Under the pieces are notes generated by a model. It searched no databases, was not told the origin of the DNA, and saw only the letters and a program-made list of their open reading frames with translations. From contig NIVC01000010.1 in assembly GCA_002269645.1 (NCBI GenBank), positions 2,294,001 through 2,358,000 of the forward strand: DNA of 64,000 nt, given 5' to 3'. Shown piece after piece: positions 24,700 through 41,222 of the stretch. Source of the DNA: Macrostomum lignano (lineage: Eukaryota). The first letter of the stretch is position 1, and every line of letters starts with the position of its first letter. The position numbers and the translations under genes are program-made.

Positions 24700-25725
24700 C
24701 GCCCCCCGCAGGCGGTGCTGGAGATCCGGCCCAGCAGCACGGCGGAGCTGCCAGCCGGCTGCCGAGTCTGCGCCTATTGGTCGGCGAGCCTGACCGCCCT
24801 GTACCCGGGCACCGTCAGTTCGCATCAATGCCACGACGATTCGGAAGCCGATAATGAAGCCGAAGAAGTTGACAACGATGAAGAGCAACCCGAGGCCGGT
24901 CGGCAGTTGGTGTACATCGAGTTCGACGACAACGACAGCCGTAGGATCCCGCTTGACCGGATCCGGATGCTGCCCCCGGGCCCGCCGCCGCAGCCGTCGA
25001 CTTGTCGCCGATCTCCGGCTGCGGCTCCGGCCTGCGGCAACTCGCCAGCTGCCCGACGCCGACGCAGATCTTCGGCCACGTCGGCGGCTTCCACCGCTGC
25101 TCCTGCTCCGCCAGTTGCCACCTTCGAATGGGCCGACGCTGGTAAGCGACGCGGTCGTCGTCAGCGTCATCGTTCGTTGCTACGCAACGGCCAGCCAATC
25201 AACGTTGGCGACGCCGTCATGTTTAAAAGTTCGGCTATCGACCGGCCATTTTACGGCCGAGTCACCGACATGTGGGAGGAGGAGGCCGGGCTTGACGACG
25301 AGGATGTCGACGACGACGTCGAGGACGGAAATGTCGGCGCGGGCTCCGACAGGCGTCGCATGTGGGTGGAGGCGGCCTGGTTCTACCAGCCGGTGGAGAT
25401 GCCGGAGAGTTTGGGCCGGCGGTTCCGACGCGACCAGGGCCGGGCGCTGTTCCTGAGCGGCCACAGGGATCGGAACGAGGCTCGGACAATTCTTAGAAAA
25501 CTGCCGCTGCTGTCCTTCGCTAAATCTGTTACGAAATCTTCTGCTACTAAGAGGCCGGACACGTATTTCTTGGCCGGAGAATATGACGCCAGTTCCAAGC
25601 GAATCATTCGATTAGATCCGGAATACGAGGCCGCCCTGTTGGCTCGCGAGGCCGAGCGACGGCAACGGAAGCAGCAGAAGAAGCGTCTGCTGGCCGAGTC
25701 TTCTTCTTCCAGTAGCAGACGGTGA
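20214..25725 (+). CDS. BAHCC1/TNRC18 (winged eye)-like chromatin reader with Tudor-like domains and C-terminal BAH; join(20214..20382,21457..22740,24109..24605,24712..25725), 987 aa
   Basis: Splice phases 1, 1, 0 are mutually consistent (2964 nt). EELLCQ|AVLEIRP..RVCAYWS..LYPGTV..VYIEFDDND matches the family Tudor-like domain. VGDAVMF..RPFYGRV..MWE..WFYQP..ALFLS.H..TYFLAGEYD matches the BAH domain. The link of exons 1-2 is inferred from phase only. Confidence 0.88.
20440..21085. repeat. Intronic 20-22-bp minisatellite (TACTGTCTTACCTGTCATCA)
   Basis: Tandem copies in intron 1 of the BAH gene. Confidence 0.95.
22776..23976. repeat. Intronic 30-bp minisatellite (GAGATTCCCTCCTTGAAGTTCCCTCTCTGT) with an internal 300-bp duplication
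   Basis: About 40 copies. The stretch 22861-23040 is repeated at 23161-23340. Confidence 0.96.
24612..24699. repeat. (ATCT)n microsatellite filling a GC-AG intron
   Basis: Read directly. Confidence 0.95.
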
Positions 25726-25974
25726 CGGTTTCATTCAGCTTGGTCTTAATTAGACAATAAAATCAGGCATTTGTGTTTTCCTTCCTGTGAATTGGACTCC
25801 TGTTTATTGAGTGTTAAAAAATACTTATTGCGGTCATTGATTGTGTATATGCAATTTCTTATCTCTAAAATTGTTGTGCATTGCAGTGCAATCTTTTAAT
25901 TTTAGAATAGTGAGCGTTTTTCGTATCTTTTATATATCCCGCGGATATCCCATCGCCGATTTTTACACTTTGAT

Positions 25975-26590
25975 CTATTAATAGCCTGTGGAAATCCCAG
26001 CTTTGCAATGAACGTTTTATCTATAAATATCCTGTGGAAACCCCATCAATTTTGTTCACTTTTCAACCTATAAATTGCCTACGGAAATCCCGTCAATATT
26101 GTGCGCTTTTCAATCTATAAATCGCCTACGGAAATACCATCCATCTTTTGCACTTTTCAATCTATAAATAGCCTACGGAAATCCCATCGATCTTGTGCAC
26201 TTTTCAGTCTATAAATAGCATACGGAAATCCCATCAATCTTGTGCACTTTTCAGTCTATAAATAGCCTACGGAAATCCCATCGATCTTGTGCACTTTTCA
26301 GTCTATAAATAGCATACGGAAATCCCATCAATCTTGTGCACTTTTCAGTCTATAAATAGCCTACGGAAATCCCATCGATCTTGTGCACTTTTCAGTCTAT
26401 AAATAGCATACGGAAATCCCATCTATCTCTTGCACTTTTCAATCTATATATAGCTTACTGAACTCATATCGTAGTTGTGCAAGTAAAAGTTTTTAAATCT
26501 ATTAATAGCCTTCGGAATTCCCTTGTCATCGCTGTGCAGACTTTATTCTATAAATTGCCTACGGGATTCCTATCGCTACCATTGTGCAAA
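25975..26590. repeat. 47-bp minisatellite with degenerate edges (TCTATAAATAGCCTACGGAAATCCCATCGATCTTGTGCACTTTTCAG)
   Basis: Period 47 (26161, 26208...). Confidence 0.9.
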
Positions 26591-26798
26591 TAGTAACATA
26601 TAAATCCCATGGGAAGTCACGCTTGTGTCTACGGAACTGCTGTACACCCAATCCTGCGGTTATTATATGAAAAAATTTCTTTTGATAAAACAAGTCAAAG
26701 TTGTGTCATCTGGTTCGATGCCAGACTAATATTAATCCATAGATGCTAAAATAACTAAATAAGCCACTCAGGTATATATACTATAGTAAAACTGCCTT

Positions 26799-27121
26799 CT
26801 ACTTTCAGTTCAGTAGCAAAGAAGAATGCATAAGCTATTTTATAACAATAAAGGCAGCTTCGATAAGTTTAGAAGCCCAAAGCTTGCAGGCGTAAACAAC
26901 TTGCTAATTGGTTCAGCAGAAATGTACATTAGCCAGTCCACTGAAATGTACATGGCAGCTTTAGGCTGGAATTCTGAGAAAGGCAATAAAAATTGGGGCG
27001 GTTGCGGGTGAGTGGTAAGGCGCGGTTGGCGGGTTTAAGCTGAGGTGAAGGCTAATAAATAAGCATTGTTTTAAAATGCATTACAATGCTTCTGTCTAAC
27101 CTACTACTGAACTGAAAGTAG
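26799..27121. mobile_element. Putative MITE, 323 bp
   Basis: Perfect 18-bp inverted repeat CTACTTTCAGTTCAGTAG (26799-26816 / 27104-27121). Flanked by CTT on both sides, or alternatively a TA TSD with a 15-bp TIR. Confidence 0.6.
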
Positions 27122-28169
27122 CTTACACGCAAATGTGCTGAGTGGCCCATCTAGCTATTCTAGTGTCTGTATTAATCCTACTAATCTGTGTTATACTGTT
27201 TGCGATTCTGTTTCTAACAAAATTCAAAATTTCAAATATTTTGCTTCTCGCATTCGAACAATTCATGAATTTATTTAATATATTTTTGGTAACTAAGTCT
27301 TCAAGTATCTTATCGTAAACAATAGATTACAAAGATATTTTGTAAATTAATTTATTACGACACCGAGTGATAATGGCCAATGTTTATTTAAAAATGCTAT
27401 ATATTAATTGTCATATTTATTTTTATTTTAATATCATCAGCCAAACCAACAGTTATTTTTGTTAGTTTTATCTTTTCCCTCTATGAATATAAAATATTTT
27501 GCCTAATGCTGAATTAACCCAGATCAACCTCGGTTTATATTTCTACTTAAAACCCTCATATCAATTGATTATCCAGAAAATATTTGTCGCTTTATTATTG
27601 ATGAATAAATTGAGTTTTTATCCCTCGCACTATTTATACTACTAGGTTGGGGCGAACGAGTAGCATTGCATGTCTATCGTAACAGCTATTCATCTATGAA
27701 TTGAATTCATGTATAATTTGCTTTTTTTGCTGTGTTTATTTTTTAGAGTTTTAATATTCCGAAAAAGATGCTTTATGAGTGACAGCTGGTGTACTGCGTA
27801 TATATATTTATTTATTTTTGTTATATCGCTGTTTAAATCGGCAGTACAGTAAGTACTTCTTACAAAGTCCCGTTGAACATGTATTGTACTTGCAGTAGTA
27901 CCGTTTCCCTGTGACCGCAAATGTGTTTTTCCACAAAATATTATTCATGAAATTTATTTTTTTGTTATAATTTGAGCATCAAAAATTGCTGCACCAATAA
28001 ATGCAATTACAAAAAATATAACAAAAATATCTTGTGAAGTTTGTTATCCTGCCATTTGCTAATCGTAAGAAACGCTTGCTCATAAATGCATTTGCTTTTG
28101 CGCAACATTGGGTTGTGCATATCCATGAATTTCAGTGCAAAGCTTCAAAATCTTGGACCAAATTTTGTT

Positions 28170-28420
28170 TGGCACTCTAGTGTCTTATCTGGCACTCTAC
28201 TGTCTTATCTGGCACTCTACTGTCTTATCTGGCACTCTACTGTCTTATCTGGCACACTAGTGTGTCTTATCTGGCACTCTACTGTCTTATCTGGCACTCC
28301 ACTGTGTCTTATCTGGCACTCTACTGTCTTATCTAGCACTCTAGTGTGTCTTATCTGGCACTCCACTGTGTCTTATCTGGCACTCCACTGTGTCTTATCT
28401 GGCACTCTAGTTTTTTTTTC
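28170..28420. repeat. 20-22-bp minisatellite (GGCACTCTACTGTCTTATCT)
   Basis: Tandem copies read directly. Confidence 0.93.
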
Positions 28421-28667
28421 TGGCACTCTACCTTATAATTCAGTTGTCCTGTCCATACAGACTACATGTCATCTCTCATTCGATGTGCAGTGCATGTAAA
28501 AAAACAGAAAAATGGAAACCAATGGCAACTCATCTTCTGATTGGTTGTTCAATCTTTGGCGCTTTGCTTGGTCCATATGCGACATAATTCGTATTCAGGC
28601 AGTATAAGTGTGATAACCGTGAAAATTTAACAATTGAACTGTCTTTAAACAGTAGCTATAGTTTATC

Positions 28668-33044
<4,377 letters not shown>

Positions 33045-34022
33045 GTGAGTGCACTGTTGGTTGTTGTTGTAGCCTTGGTCAGATTGCCAGCACGACCAGG
33101 GAAGGTGCTGGGCTGGGTTTTGTGTCACTCGGTTCACGTTATGGCATTTAGCGACGACGCCTAAAGGCGCTGCCAAACCGTCCCCAGCGACGAACCGGAG
33201 GTCTAACCGGGAGGTTTTCAACCGGGCTTGGGACCGGCTTTGGCGGAGTTTGCACTGTTGGTAACGGATGTTTGAATGCGCACCATTAGTTGAAGGTGTT
33301 CAGTGTGGGAAGTCTCATCTTTCGTGACTGTATGTTATCACTGGATCACACTGGGTCTCCTGAGTTCCTATAGGTTTTCTGAGTTCTAGACGCTGGGTTT
33401 ATTTCTAATACATTGTTCGTACTCAAACCAATTTTTTGCGTTTCCTTGTTACTACTGCCAGTAGAAACTATCCGATATCTTTAGAGTTTTTTCTTGCTTC
33501 AGCAGAGCAAAGCCAAGAGCGAGAACGCGCAACTGGAAATTTATTTAAGCTTGCTGACGCGGTGTAAAATTTTATTTATTTACAAATATGAAAACAGTCT
33601 CATGGTGAGTTTCCTGATTGTCATTCTTATTGCCATCACCAAGTTTATCGATAAGTTAACCGACTCTTCTAAGTTAAGACTTCGCGGAAGTCACAGACTA
33701 CTCAAGCAGAAGGACTCAACTCTAACAAGTGATGTAATTCTAGCTTGTGTGGCTTGTCCGGATGTCATTTCGCAGGTTTCATCTGGTGGATTTGGCTAAA
33801 CTATCATTATTTGAGACCGGTCGACAAGCGAAATTACTGGTATTTTCCATGAAATGGATAAATTGAAAATGGAAAATCTTCACTGCTAAAAAAATCCAAG
33901 TTGCGCTGATAGAAGTCTGCTTGTTTCCTGCTTTTCAAAAGTTTTTCCCTTCTATCTTGACGAAACTGTGAGAACAACTCAAGCCAAATATAGACGTTCA
34001 GGTGGGATATTTTCAATTTAAT

Positions 34023-35965
34023 CCTCCTACTGTAGCCTTGAACTGGGGTGCCATTGTCAGCTGAGTCCTCCTACTGTTGCCTTGAACTGGGGTGCCATTG
34101 TCAGTTGAGTCCTCCTACTGTAGCCTTGAACTGGGATGCTTTTGTCAGCTGAGTCCTCCTACTGTAGCCTTGGACTGGGGTGCTTTTGTCAGCTGAGTCC
34201 TCCTACTGTTGCCTTGAACTGGGGTGCCATTGTCAGTTGAGTCCTCCTACTGTAGCCTTGAACTGGGGTGCTTTTGTCAGCTGAGTCCTCCTACTGTAGC
34301 CTTGGACTGGGGTGCCATTGTCAGCTGAGTCCTCCTACTGTAGCCTTGAACTGGGGTGCCATTGTCAGCTGAGTCCTCCTACTGTAGCCTTGAACTGGGG
34401 TGCCATTGTCAGCTGAGTCCTCCTACTGTAGCCTTGAACTGGGGTGCCATTGTCAGCTGAGTCCTCTAGCTACTGTAGCCTTGAACTGGTGTGCCATTGT
34501 CAGCTGAGTCCTCATATTTCAATCTGGGGTGCCATTGTCAGCTGAGTCCTCATATTTCAAACTGGGGTGTCATTGTCAGCTGAGTCCTCATATTTTAAAC
34601 TGCGGTGCCATTGTCAGCTGAGTCCTCATATTTCAAACTGGGGTGCCATTGTCAGCTGAGTCCTCATATTTTAAACTGCGGTGCCATTGTCAGCTGAGTC
34701 CCACTACTGTAGCCTTGAACTGGAGTTCCATTGTCAGCTGAGTCCTCTAGCTACTATAGTTTTGAACAGGGTGCCATTGTCAGTTAAGTCTCCCTACTGT
34801 AGCCTTGATCTGGGGTGCCATTGTCAGCTGAGTCCTCATATTTCAAACTGCGGTGCCATTGTCAGCTGAGTCCTCATATTTCAAACTGGGGTGTCATTGT
34901 CAGCTGAGTCCTCATATTTTGAACTGCGGTGCCATTGTCAGCTGAGTCCTCATATTTCAAACTGGGGTGCCATTGTCAGCTGAGTCCTCATATTTTAAAC
35001 TGCGGTGCCATTGTCAGCTGAGTCCTCATATTTCAAACTGGGGTGCCATTGTCAGCTGAGTCCTCATATTTCAAACTGGGGTGCCATTGTCAGCTGAGTC
35101 CTCTAGCTACTATAGTTTTGAACTGGGTGCCATTGTCAGTTAAGTCTCCCTACTGTAGCCTTGATCTGGGGTGCCATTGTCATCTGAGTCCTCATATTTC
35201 AAACTGCGGTGCCATTGTCAGCTGAGTCCTCATATTTCAAACTGCGGTGCCATTGTCAGCTGAGTCCTCATATTTTAAACTGCGGTGCCATTGTCAGCTG
35301 AGTCCTCATATTTTAAACTGCGGTGCCATTGTCAGCTGAGTCCTCATATTTTAAACTGCGGTGCCATTGTCAGCTGAGTCCTCATATTTTAAACTGCGGT
35401 GCCATTGTCAGCTGAGTCCTCATATTTTAAACTGGGGTGCCATTGTCAGCTGAGTCCTCATATTTCAATCTGGGGTGCCATTGTCAGCTGAGTCCTCATA
35501 TTTCAAACTGCGGTGCCATTGTCAGCTGAGTCCTCATATTTTAAACTGCGGTGCCATTGTCAGCTGAGTCCTCATATTTTAAACTGCGGTGCCATTGTCA
35601 GCTGAGTCCTCATATTTCAACCTGCGGTGCCATTGTCAGCTGAGTCCTCATATTTCAAACTGGGGTGCCATTGTCAGCTGAGTCCTCTAGCTACTGTAGT
35701 TTTGAACTGGGTGCCATTGTCAGTTAAGTCTCCCTACTGTAGCCTTGATCTGGGGTGCCATTGTCAGCTGAATCCTCATATTTTAAACTGCGGTGCCATT
35801 GTCAGCTGAGTCCTCATATTTTAAACTGCGGTGCCATTGTCAGCTGAGTCCTCATATTTTAAACTGCGGTGCCATTGTCAGCTGAGTCCTCATATTTTAA
35901 ACTGCGGTGCCATTGTCAGCTGAGTCCTCATATTTTAAACTGCGGTGCCATTGTCAGCTGAGTCC
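34023..35965. repeat. 38/44-bp minisatellite (CTGAGTCCTCATATTTTAAACTGCGGTGCCATTGTCAG) overlapping the ENaC stop codon
   Basis: 44-bp units dominate the left part and 38-bp units the right. Confidence 0.96.
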
Positions 35966-38900
35966 AGCTGTCCCGGCGACAGCCTCGATTGTCTGACCGA
36001 CTTGCTCTCCGTTGACGAAGACTTCCTGTGACCGTCAGTGGACAGCCGTCGGCAGAGCAGCTGCAGCAGCTGAAGTCCCAGATCAAGTAGCTCGACAAGC
36101 CACACAAAGGTGAGGCCGATCCACATGGATAGCAGGCCGCCAACTTGGCTGAAAGTTGATGCCAAAGTTTGCACCGGCTTCTCCGCAATCTGTGTCACTG
36201 AGAAATCCTTTCTAGTCACTTTCAGCGTGACAAAGCTGTCGCTGATGAGGCCGAGCTGCTTCAGCAGAGAGCTGGCGTTGGCGGTGCTGTTAGGGATCAG
36301 CTGACGTACCTGCTCGTACATCTCGGCCAGCTGCCACTCCTGGCTGCTGAGCTCCGCACTCGAGTTGCTGTTCAGGTCCAGGTCCTTGTCGTTGGCCAGC
36401 TCATATTTGAAAATGTTGGCCAGCATTGACTCCCGAGGCCACTGCGACTGGGTCGTTGCTATCTGATAGGAGAAGTGGCTGCACGGCTCTCGGCAGCCGC
36501 TGTCAAAGTTGGCAAAGGCTCCCAGCATGCCGCATCGAGTCCGGTTGATGGCGCGCAAGAGGCCGGAACTGCTGAAGTTTATCGTGTTGTCAGCGTCGAG
36601 GCTCTCGCAGACAGTCGGTTGAACCGACGAGATCGGAGCGTGCGGCAGCAGGAAGGCGAAGCTGCAGTTGCAGTCGGATTGAATTCGGCTGAGCAGGCTG
36701 AGCTTGTGGCAGGCTCTGCTGGTGTAGGCGAACAGCTTCTGATGGTTGCGGTGCTCCTGCCGCTGCTGCTGCTGTTGTTGGTTCTGGTTCGAATTCTGAG
36801 CACTGCTCGAGTCGGTTCCCTCGGTGTTGGCGATGTTGAGGTAACTAGGCGGGTTGGGGTCGCAGTTGCCGTAGGGTGGGCCGAGTCTGGTCCAGTTCAG
36901 GGTAGCGAATGTTACTTCGGTCAGGGTGCCGGGGTACACCTGGGTGGGGGCGACGTTTGAGTTAGCCAGAAGTTAAGGTCATCGCTGGCTGTGTTTAGTA
37001 GTATCTGATTTGTCTTTGAATTGATTTGTGTCTGAATTGGTTTGTGTCTGAATTGGTTTGTGTCTGGATTGATTTGTGTCTAAATTGGTTCGTGTCGGAA
37101 TTGGTTTGTGTCTGAATTGGTTTGTGTCTGAATTGGTTTGTGTCTGAATTGGTTTGTGTCTGAATTGGTTTGTGTCTGAATTGGTTTGTGTCTGAATTGG
37201 TTTGTGTCTGGATTGGTTTGTGTCTGAATTGGTTTGTGTCTGAATTGGTTTGTGTCTGAATTGGTTTGTGTCTGAATTGGTTTGTGTCTGAATTGGTTTG
37301 TGTCTGAATTGATTTGTGTCTGAATTGGTTTGTGTCTGAATTGGTTTGTGTCTGAATTGATTTGTGCCTGGATTGATTTGTGTCTGAATTGATTTGTGTC
37401 TGGATTGATTTGTGTCTGAATTGATTTGTGTCTGAATTGATTTGTGTCTGAATTGATTTGTGCCTGGATTGATTTGTGTCTGAATTGATTTGTGTCTGGA
37501 TTGATTTGTGTCTGAATTGATTTGTGTCTGAATTGATTTGTGTCTGAATTGATTTGTGTCTGAATTGGTTTGTGTTTGAATTGATTTGTGTCTGGATTGA
37601 TTTGTGTCTGAATTGGTTTGTGTCTGAATTGATTTGTGTCTGAATTGGTTTGTGTCTGAATTGGTTTGTGTCTGAATTGGTTTGTGTCTGAATTGGTTTG
37701 TGTCTGAATTGGTTTGTGTCTGAATTGATTTGTGTCTGAATTGGTTTGTGTCTGGATTGGTTTGTGTCTGAATTGGTTTGTGTCTGAATTGGTTTGTGTC
37801 TGAATTGGTTTGTGTCTGAATTGGTTTGTGTCTGAATTGGTTTGTGTCTGAATTGATTTGTGTCTGAATTGGTTTGTGTCTGAATTGGTTTGTGTCTGAA
37901 TTGGTTTGTGTCTGAATTGATTTGTGTCTGAATTGATTTGTGTCTGGATTGATTTGTGTCTGAATTGATTTGTGTCTGAATTGATTTGTGTCTGAATTGA
38001 TTTGTGTCTGAATTGGTTTGTGTCTGGATTGATTTGTGTCTGAATTGGTTTGTGTCTGAATTGGTTTGTGTCTGAATTGATTTGTGTCTGGATTTATGCG
38101 GTGCCATAACAAAACAGTTTTTTAAAAATATTCGGGTCAAGAATTTTCTTTGCACTGCACCCTTAGGCAATATAAATATGAAATCATTTAATATTCATGC
38201 GTCACAATGGCAAAATTATTCCTATCTGATAATAACGCTCTCCCATAATTTGAGAACTACTCAACAGCTAATTAACTTATTCGATGGTGGTCGCATCTGC
38301 GTGGATTAGCACGAAATCCGAAATGGATGAATATTACATAGACCCACAGCGGGCAGCCAACGTACCGTAAATCCGTCTCTCTGCACATCCGGGTAGGTGC
38401 CGTTTGGGTGCAGCACCACTGTGGCCCCCCTAGTCTGGCTGCTCACGTCCATCAGTACGCAATCGGAGCAGTCAAAGTTCAACTCGTGACCGAGGAACAG
38501 CCTCAGCTCCATCTCCACCACAGCGTCATTCTCGTGCTGCCGGTCAGCCATGTATGTGTAGCAGTTCAGCCTGTTCTGATCGTACACCTGCCGCCACCAG
38601 CCCAGGTGGTCGCATCTCGGACTATTCACCGGCGGCTCCTTGCCTGAGGTAGACGACTGCACAAGCAGGTAGCAGCTCCGGATCAGATCCTCCTTGGAGT
38701 GGCCCAGCTCGTGTGGATCTGAGCCCTTCGGCAGGTTTGCAAAGTAGGCATTGAAGGACAGCAGTCCGCTGATGTAATTTCTTAGATTTCCGGCGTCGCT
38801 CTTGGATAAGTTGCCACCATTTGATGGATGCATTTGAGTCCGGCGTTTCCATGCCAACCGGAAGAAATCCCTGGGCCCCGGCCAGCCCCTCTGCCGCAGC

Positions 38901-39274
38901 AGCCGATGGCCCCTAAGACTAATTGGATTCTGATTACAGATCGTCACGGATGGAAACGCCGCGTCCGGTCGGATGGTGTGCACGGGCAGCTGGACTACGT
39001 CGTAACTAAAGTACAGTCGGATGATGTAGTACAGGTTGACTAGACAGGCAGACATAAGCAAGCTCACGAAGACAATCCACAGTGCCTGCAGCTGCCTGTT
39101 GGCTCTGCTGGACACGATTCGGGGAATGCCTCTGAGGCTTGTGCCGTGGCAGAAGTGCAACAGGAGGTCCTTGGCTGTTACCGAGGCTGCTCCGTCTCCG
39201 CAGTCGCCACCGCTAGCGCTGTCGCCGTCGACCGTGGCAACGAGAGGTCGCAGAGCCTGGGGACTGGTCCACAA
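35935..39274 (-). CDS. DEG/ENaC (amiloride-sensitive sodium channel family) subunit; complement(join(35935..36939,38366..>39274)); true start probably in an upstream exon
   Basis: FCHGTSLRGIPRI pre-TM1, TM1 LWIVFVSLL, FPSVTICNQNP, LHPNGTYP..GFT|VYPG, Cys-rich thumb, TM2 SQVGGLLSMWIGLT..LVELLD. Phase-0 GT-AG intron 36940-38365. No in-frame ATG before the stop at 39320-39322. Confidence 0.93.
37003..38092. repeat. Intronic 16-bp minisatellite (GTGTCTGAATTGRTTT)
   Basis: About 68 copies in the ENaC intron. Confidence 0.97.
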
Positions 39275-40304
39275 GCGGTGACGGGTAGTGGCTGCAGTGT
39301 TGCCCGCCAGATTTGCTTCTTAGGGATTAGCGATCGACCTAATTATGGATTATAGACGCGATAAGACTGGCTTGAGAGGTTTGCCTCCAAAGTGGCGCAG
39401 CTAAATAGATGAGCTGCTGGAGCAGATCAGCTTGGCAGCCAATCAGAAGTCAGCTGAGAAGTGAGCTGCCTCTGCTGTGTCACTTGCTCCTCCATCGCTT
39501 CCGCTCTATCCCGTTCGATCCCTTGGGGCCGGGGCCGCCCCTTCTAGAGGACACCAGCTCGCCTTTCATCCCGGAGCAAAAACGCTTGGCGCGGGAGGTT
39601 CATTTTTTTGAATCGATGACCCTGCCGGAGCCCTTATCACGCTGGGTCTCCTCGGTTGAGAGGGCGTGGTAGAGATTCCCATTATCAGTATCTTATTGTA
39701 GATAGAATTTATGCCACGAGAATGAAGCCTCCCGATGCGTCCATTAGAAATCCATACCATCTGATTAGCATTTAGTACTCGCCCAGTGCTTGCTCCATTT
39801 CCTCCGCTATGCCCGAATCGAAGGTGAAGCAGGCATTTTGACTGCCATGAACTGTGTGAAAAGCAGTGCAGAATTGTTTGGCTCCTTCTATCGACCAGCA
39901 ACAACTGCTGTCCTTGACCTTTCCAAAAATAATAGCTCGTAATTGATTTATCGAACGTCTCTCTCTAGTCCTTGAACAAGACTTAATTCGTGCCTTCAAG
40001 TTTCCAGATCCTTTTAAGACAGAAGCAATGCACGAAGTACCCGATGGGGAAATGCAAAGCCTAGCATGAATATTTCATGCAGTCTTGACTACTCACTCAT
40101 GAGTCTTTAGGCAATTCTGACTGATTGCCTCCATTTGTGACTCCATATTTTACTTAGCAACATCGACATCAATCGTTTCTCTTAGACTTTAGCTGGTGAC
40201 TGACGTCAGTAGCTGTTCATATGTCATTGATTCTGCTTGGCCACTTGAGGCTGAAAGTGGATCATGATAAGGCAGGAATAACGCAAGTTATAGTTATCTA
40301 GGGG

Positions 40305-40839
40305 ATTGTAGCCTAGAGCATCCGATTCAGGGACGTCGCCATGGATTTTATGGGGGGGATAAGGCTAAGAATTCAACATGTACATGTACATGACTAAATT
40401 CCTGCATTTCCATCAATTTGAGAATCGTGTTGTCAGCGCTCATTTTGGCGCCGCAGGCACTCATTTTGGCGCCGCAGGCATTCCTTTTGGCGCCGCAGGC
40501 ACTCATTTTGGCGCCGCAGGCGCTATATTTTGGCGCCCAGAAGAAAATTTTTGATTACCACAACGGGTTACAATGTGGGGTGGGGGGACAAAGCATTGGC
40601 ATGTCCCCCCCCAAAGCTTTTACTGGGGGGACATGTTCCCCCCCCCCTGTCTCCCCCCGGGATGGTGACGCACCTGGTTGGACTCACGACTGAAAGGTCG
40701 GGGTTCGATTCCCGACCCACTTGGAATAATTTGTATCCTTGAGCAAGACACTTACATGTAACTCTGTATTTCTTCAATTCACCCAGCTGTAAAATGGGTG
40801 CCAGCATTAGCTGGGGTAATTGAGGGTGTGTGTGGTGAC
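40305..40839 (+). mobile_element. tRNA-headed CORE-like SINE, copy A, interrupted by a MITE (40305-40327 + 40677-40839)
   Basis: B box GGTTCGATTCCC. CCTTGAGCAAGACACTTA...CTGTAAAATGGG resembles the MIR CORE. Aligns with the copy at 47654-47830. Confidence 0.72.
40328..40676. mobile_element. hAT-like MITE, 349 bp, with an internal 21-bp repeat
   Basis: TIRs CAGGGACGTCGCCAT / CAGGTGCGTCACCAT (12/15). Poly-G/poly-C subtermini. Decayed 8-bp TSD inferred from the uninterrupted SINE copy. Confidence 0.68.
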
Positions 40840-41222
40840 ATTTATTTTAGTTTTATACTTCAGAAAATTAGCGTTTTCTTTTTATTATCTTGTGTTTATC
40901 ATAACTTGATCTACAAGTTTCTGAAGTTAAATTCTGCATCGAAAAATCTGTTTAAAGAAAAAACTTGCAATCAGCGCCCCTCCCCGTTTGGGGAGGTAAC
41001 AAAGATTGGAATACATTTTTTCTGACCTCTTAGCAATTCTCCCGTAAGCCTTGGCATCTCAGCAATTCCCCTTGAGAAGGCTTTGAAGCTGTGAAGCAGC
41101 TGCAAACTTTGATTGCCGCGTTTCATATTTCTGTCATCTGCCTGCCGCTTAAATCGCTACTAAACTAGTCTACTTATGTTAGTAATAAGAGTGAGTCATT
41201 CAATCCCAGATTCATTCCATTT

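Noticed and set aside
33503-33567. Possible private terminal exon for module 1 (SEQSQERERATGNLFKLADAV-stop)
   Set aside because: Phase-compatible acceptor but no homology to the expected next ectodomain strand. Kept only as a competing explanation to test.
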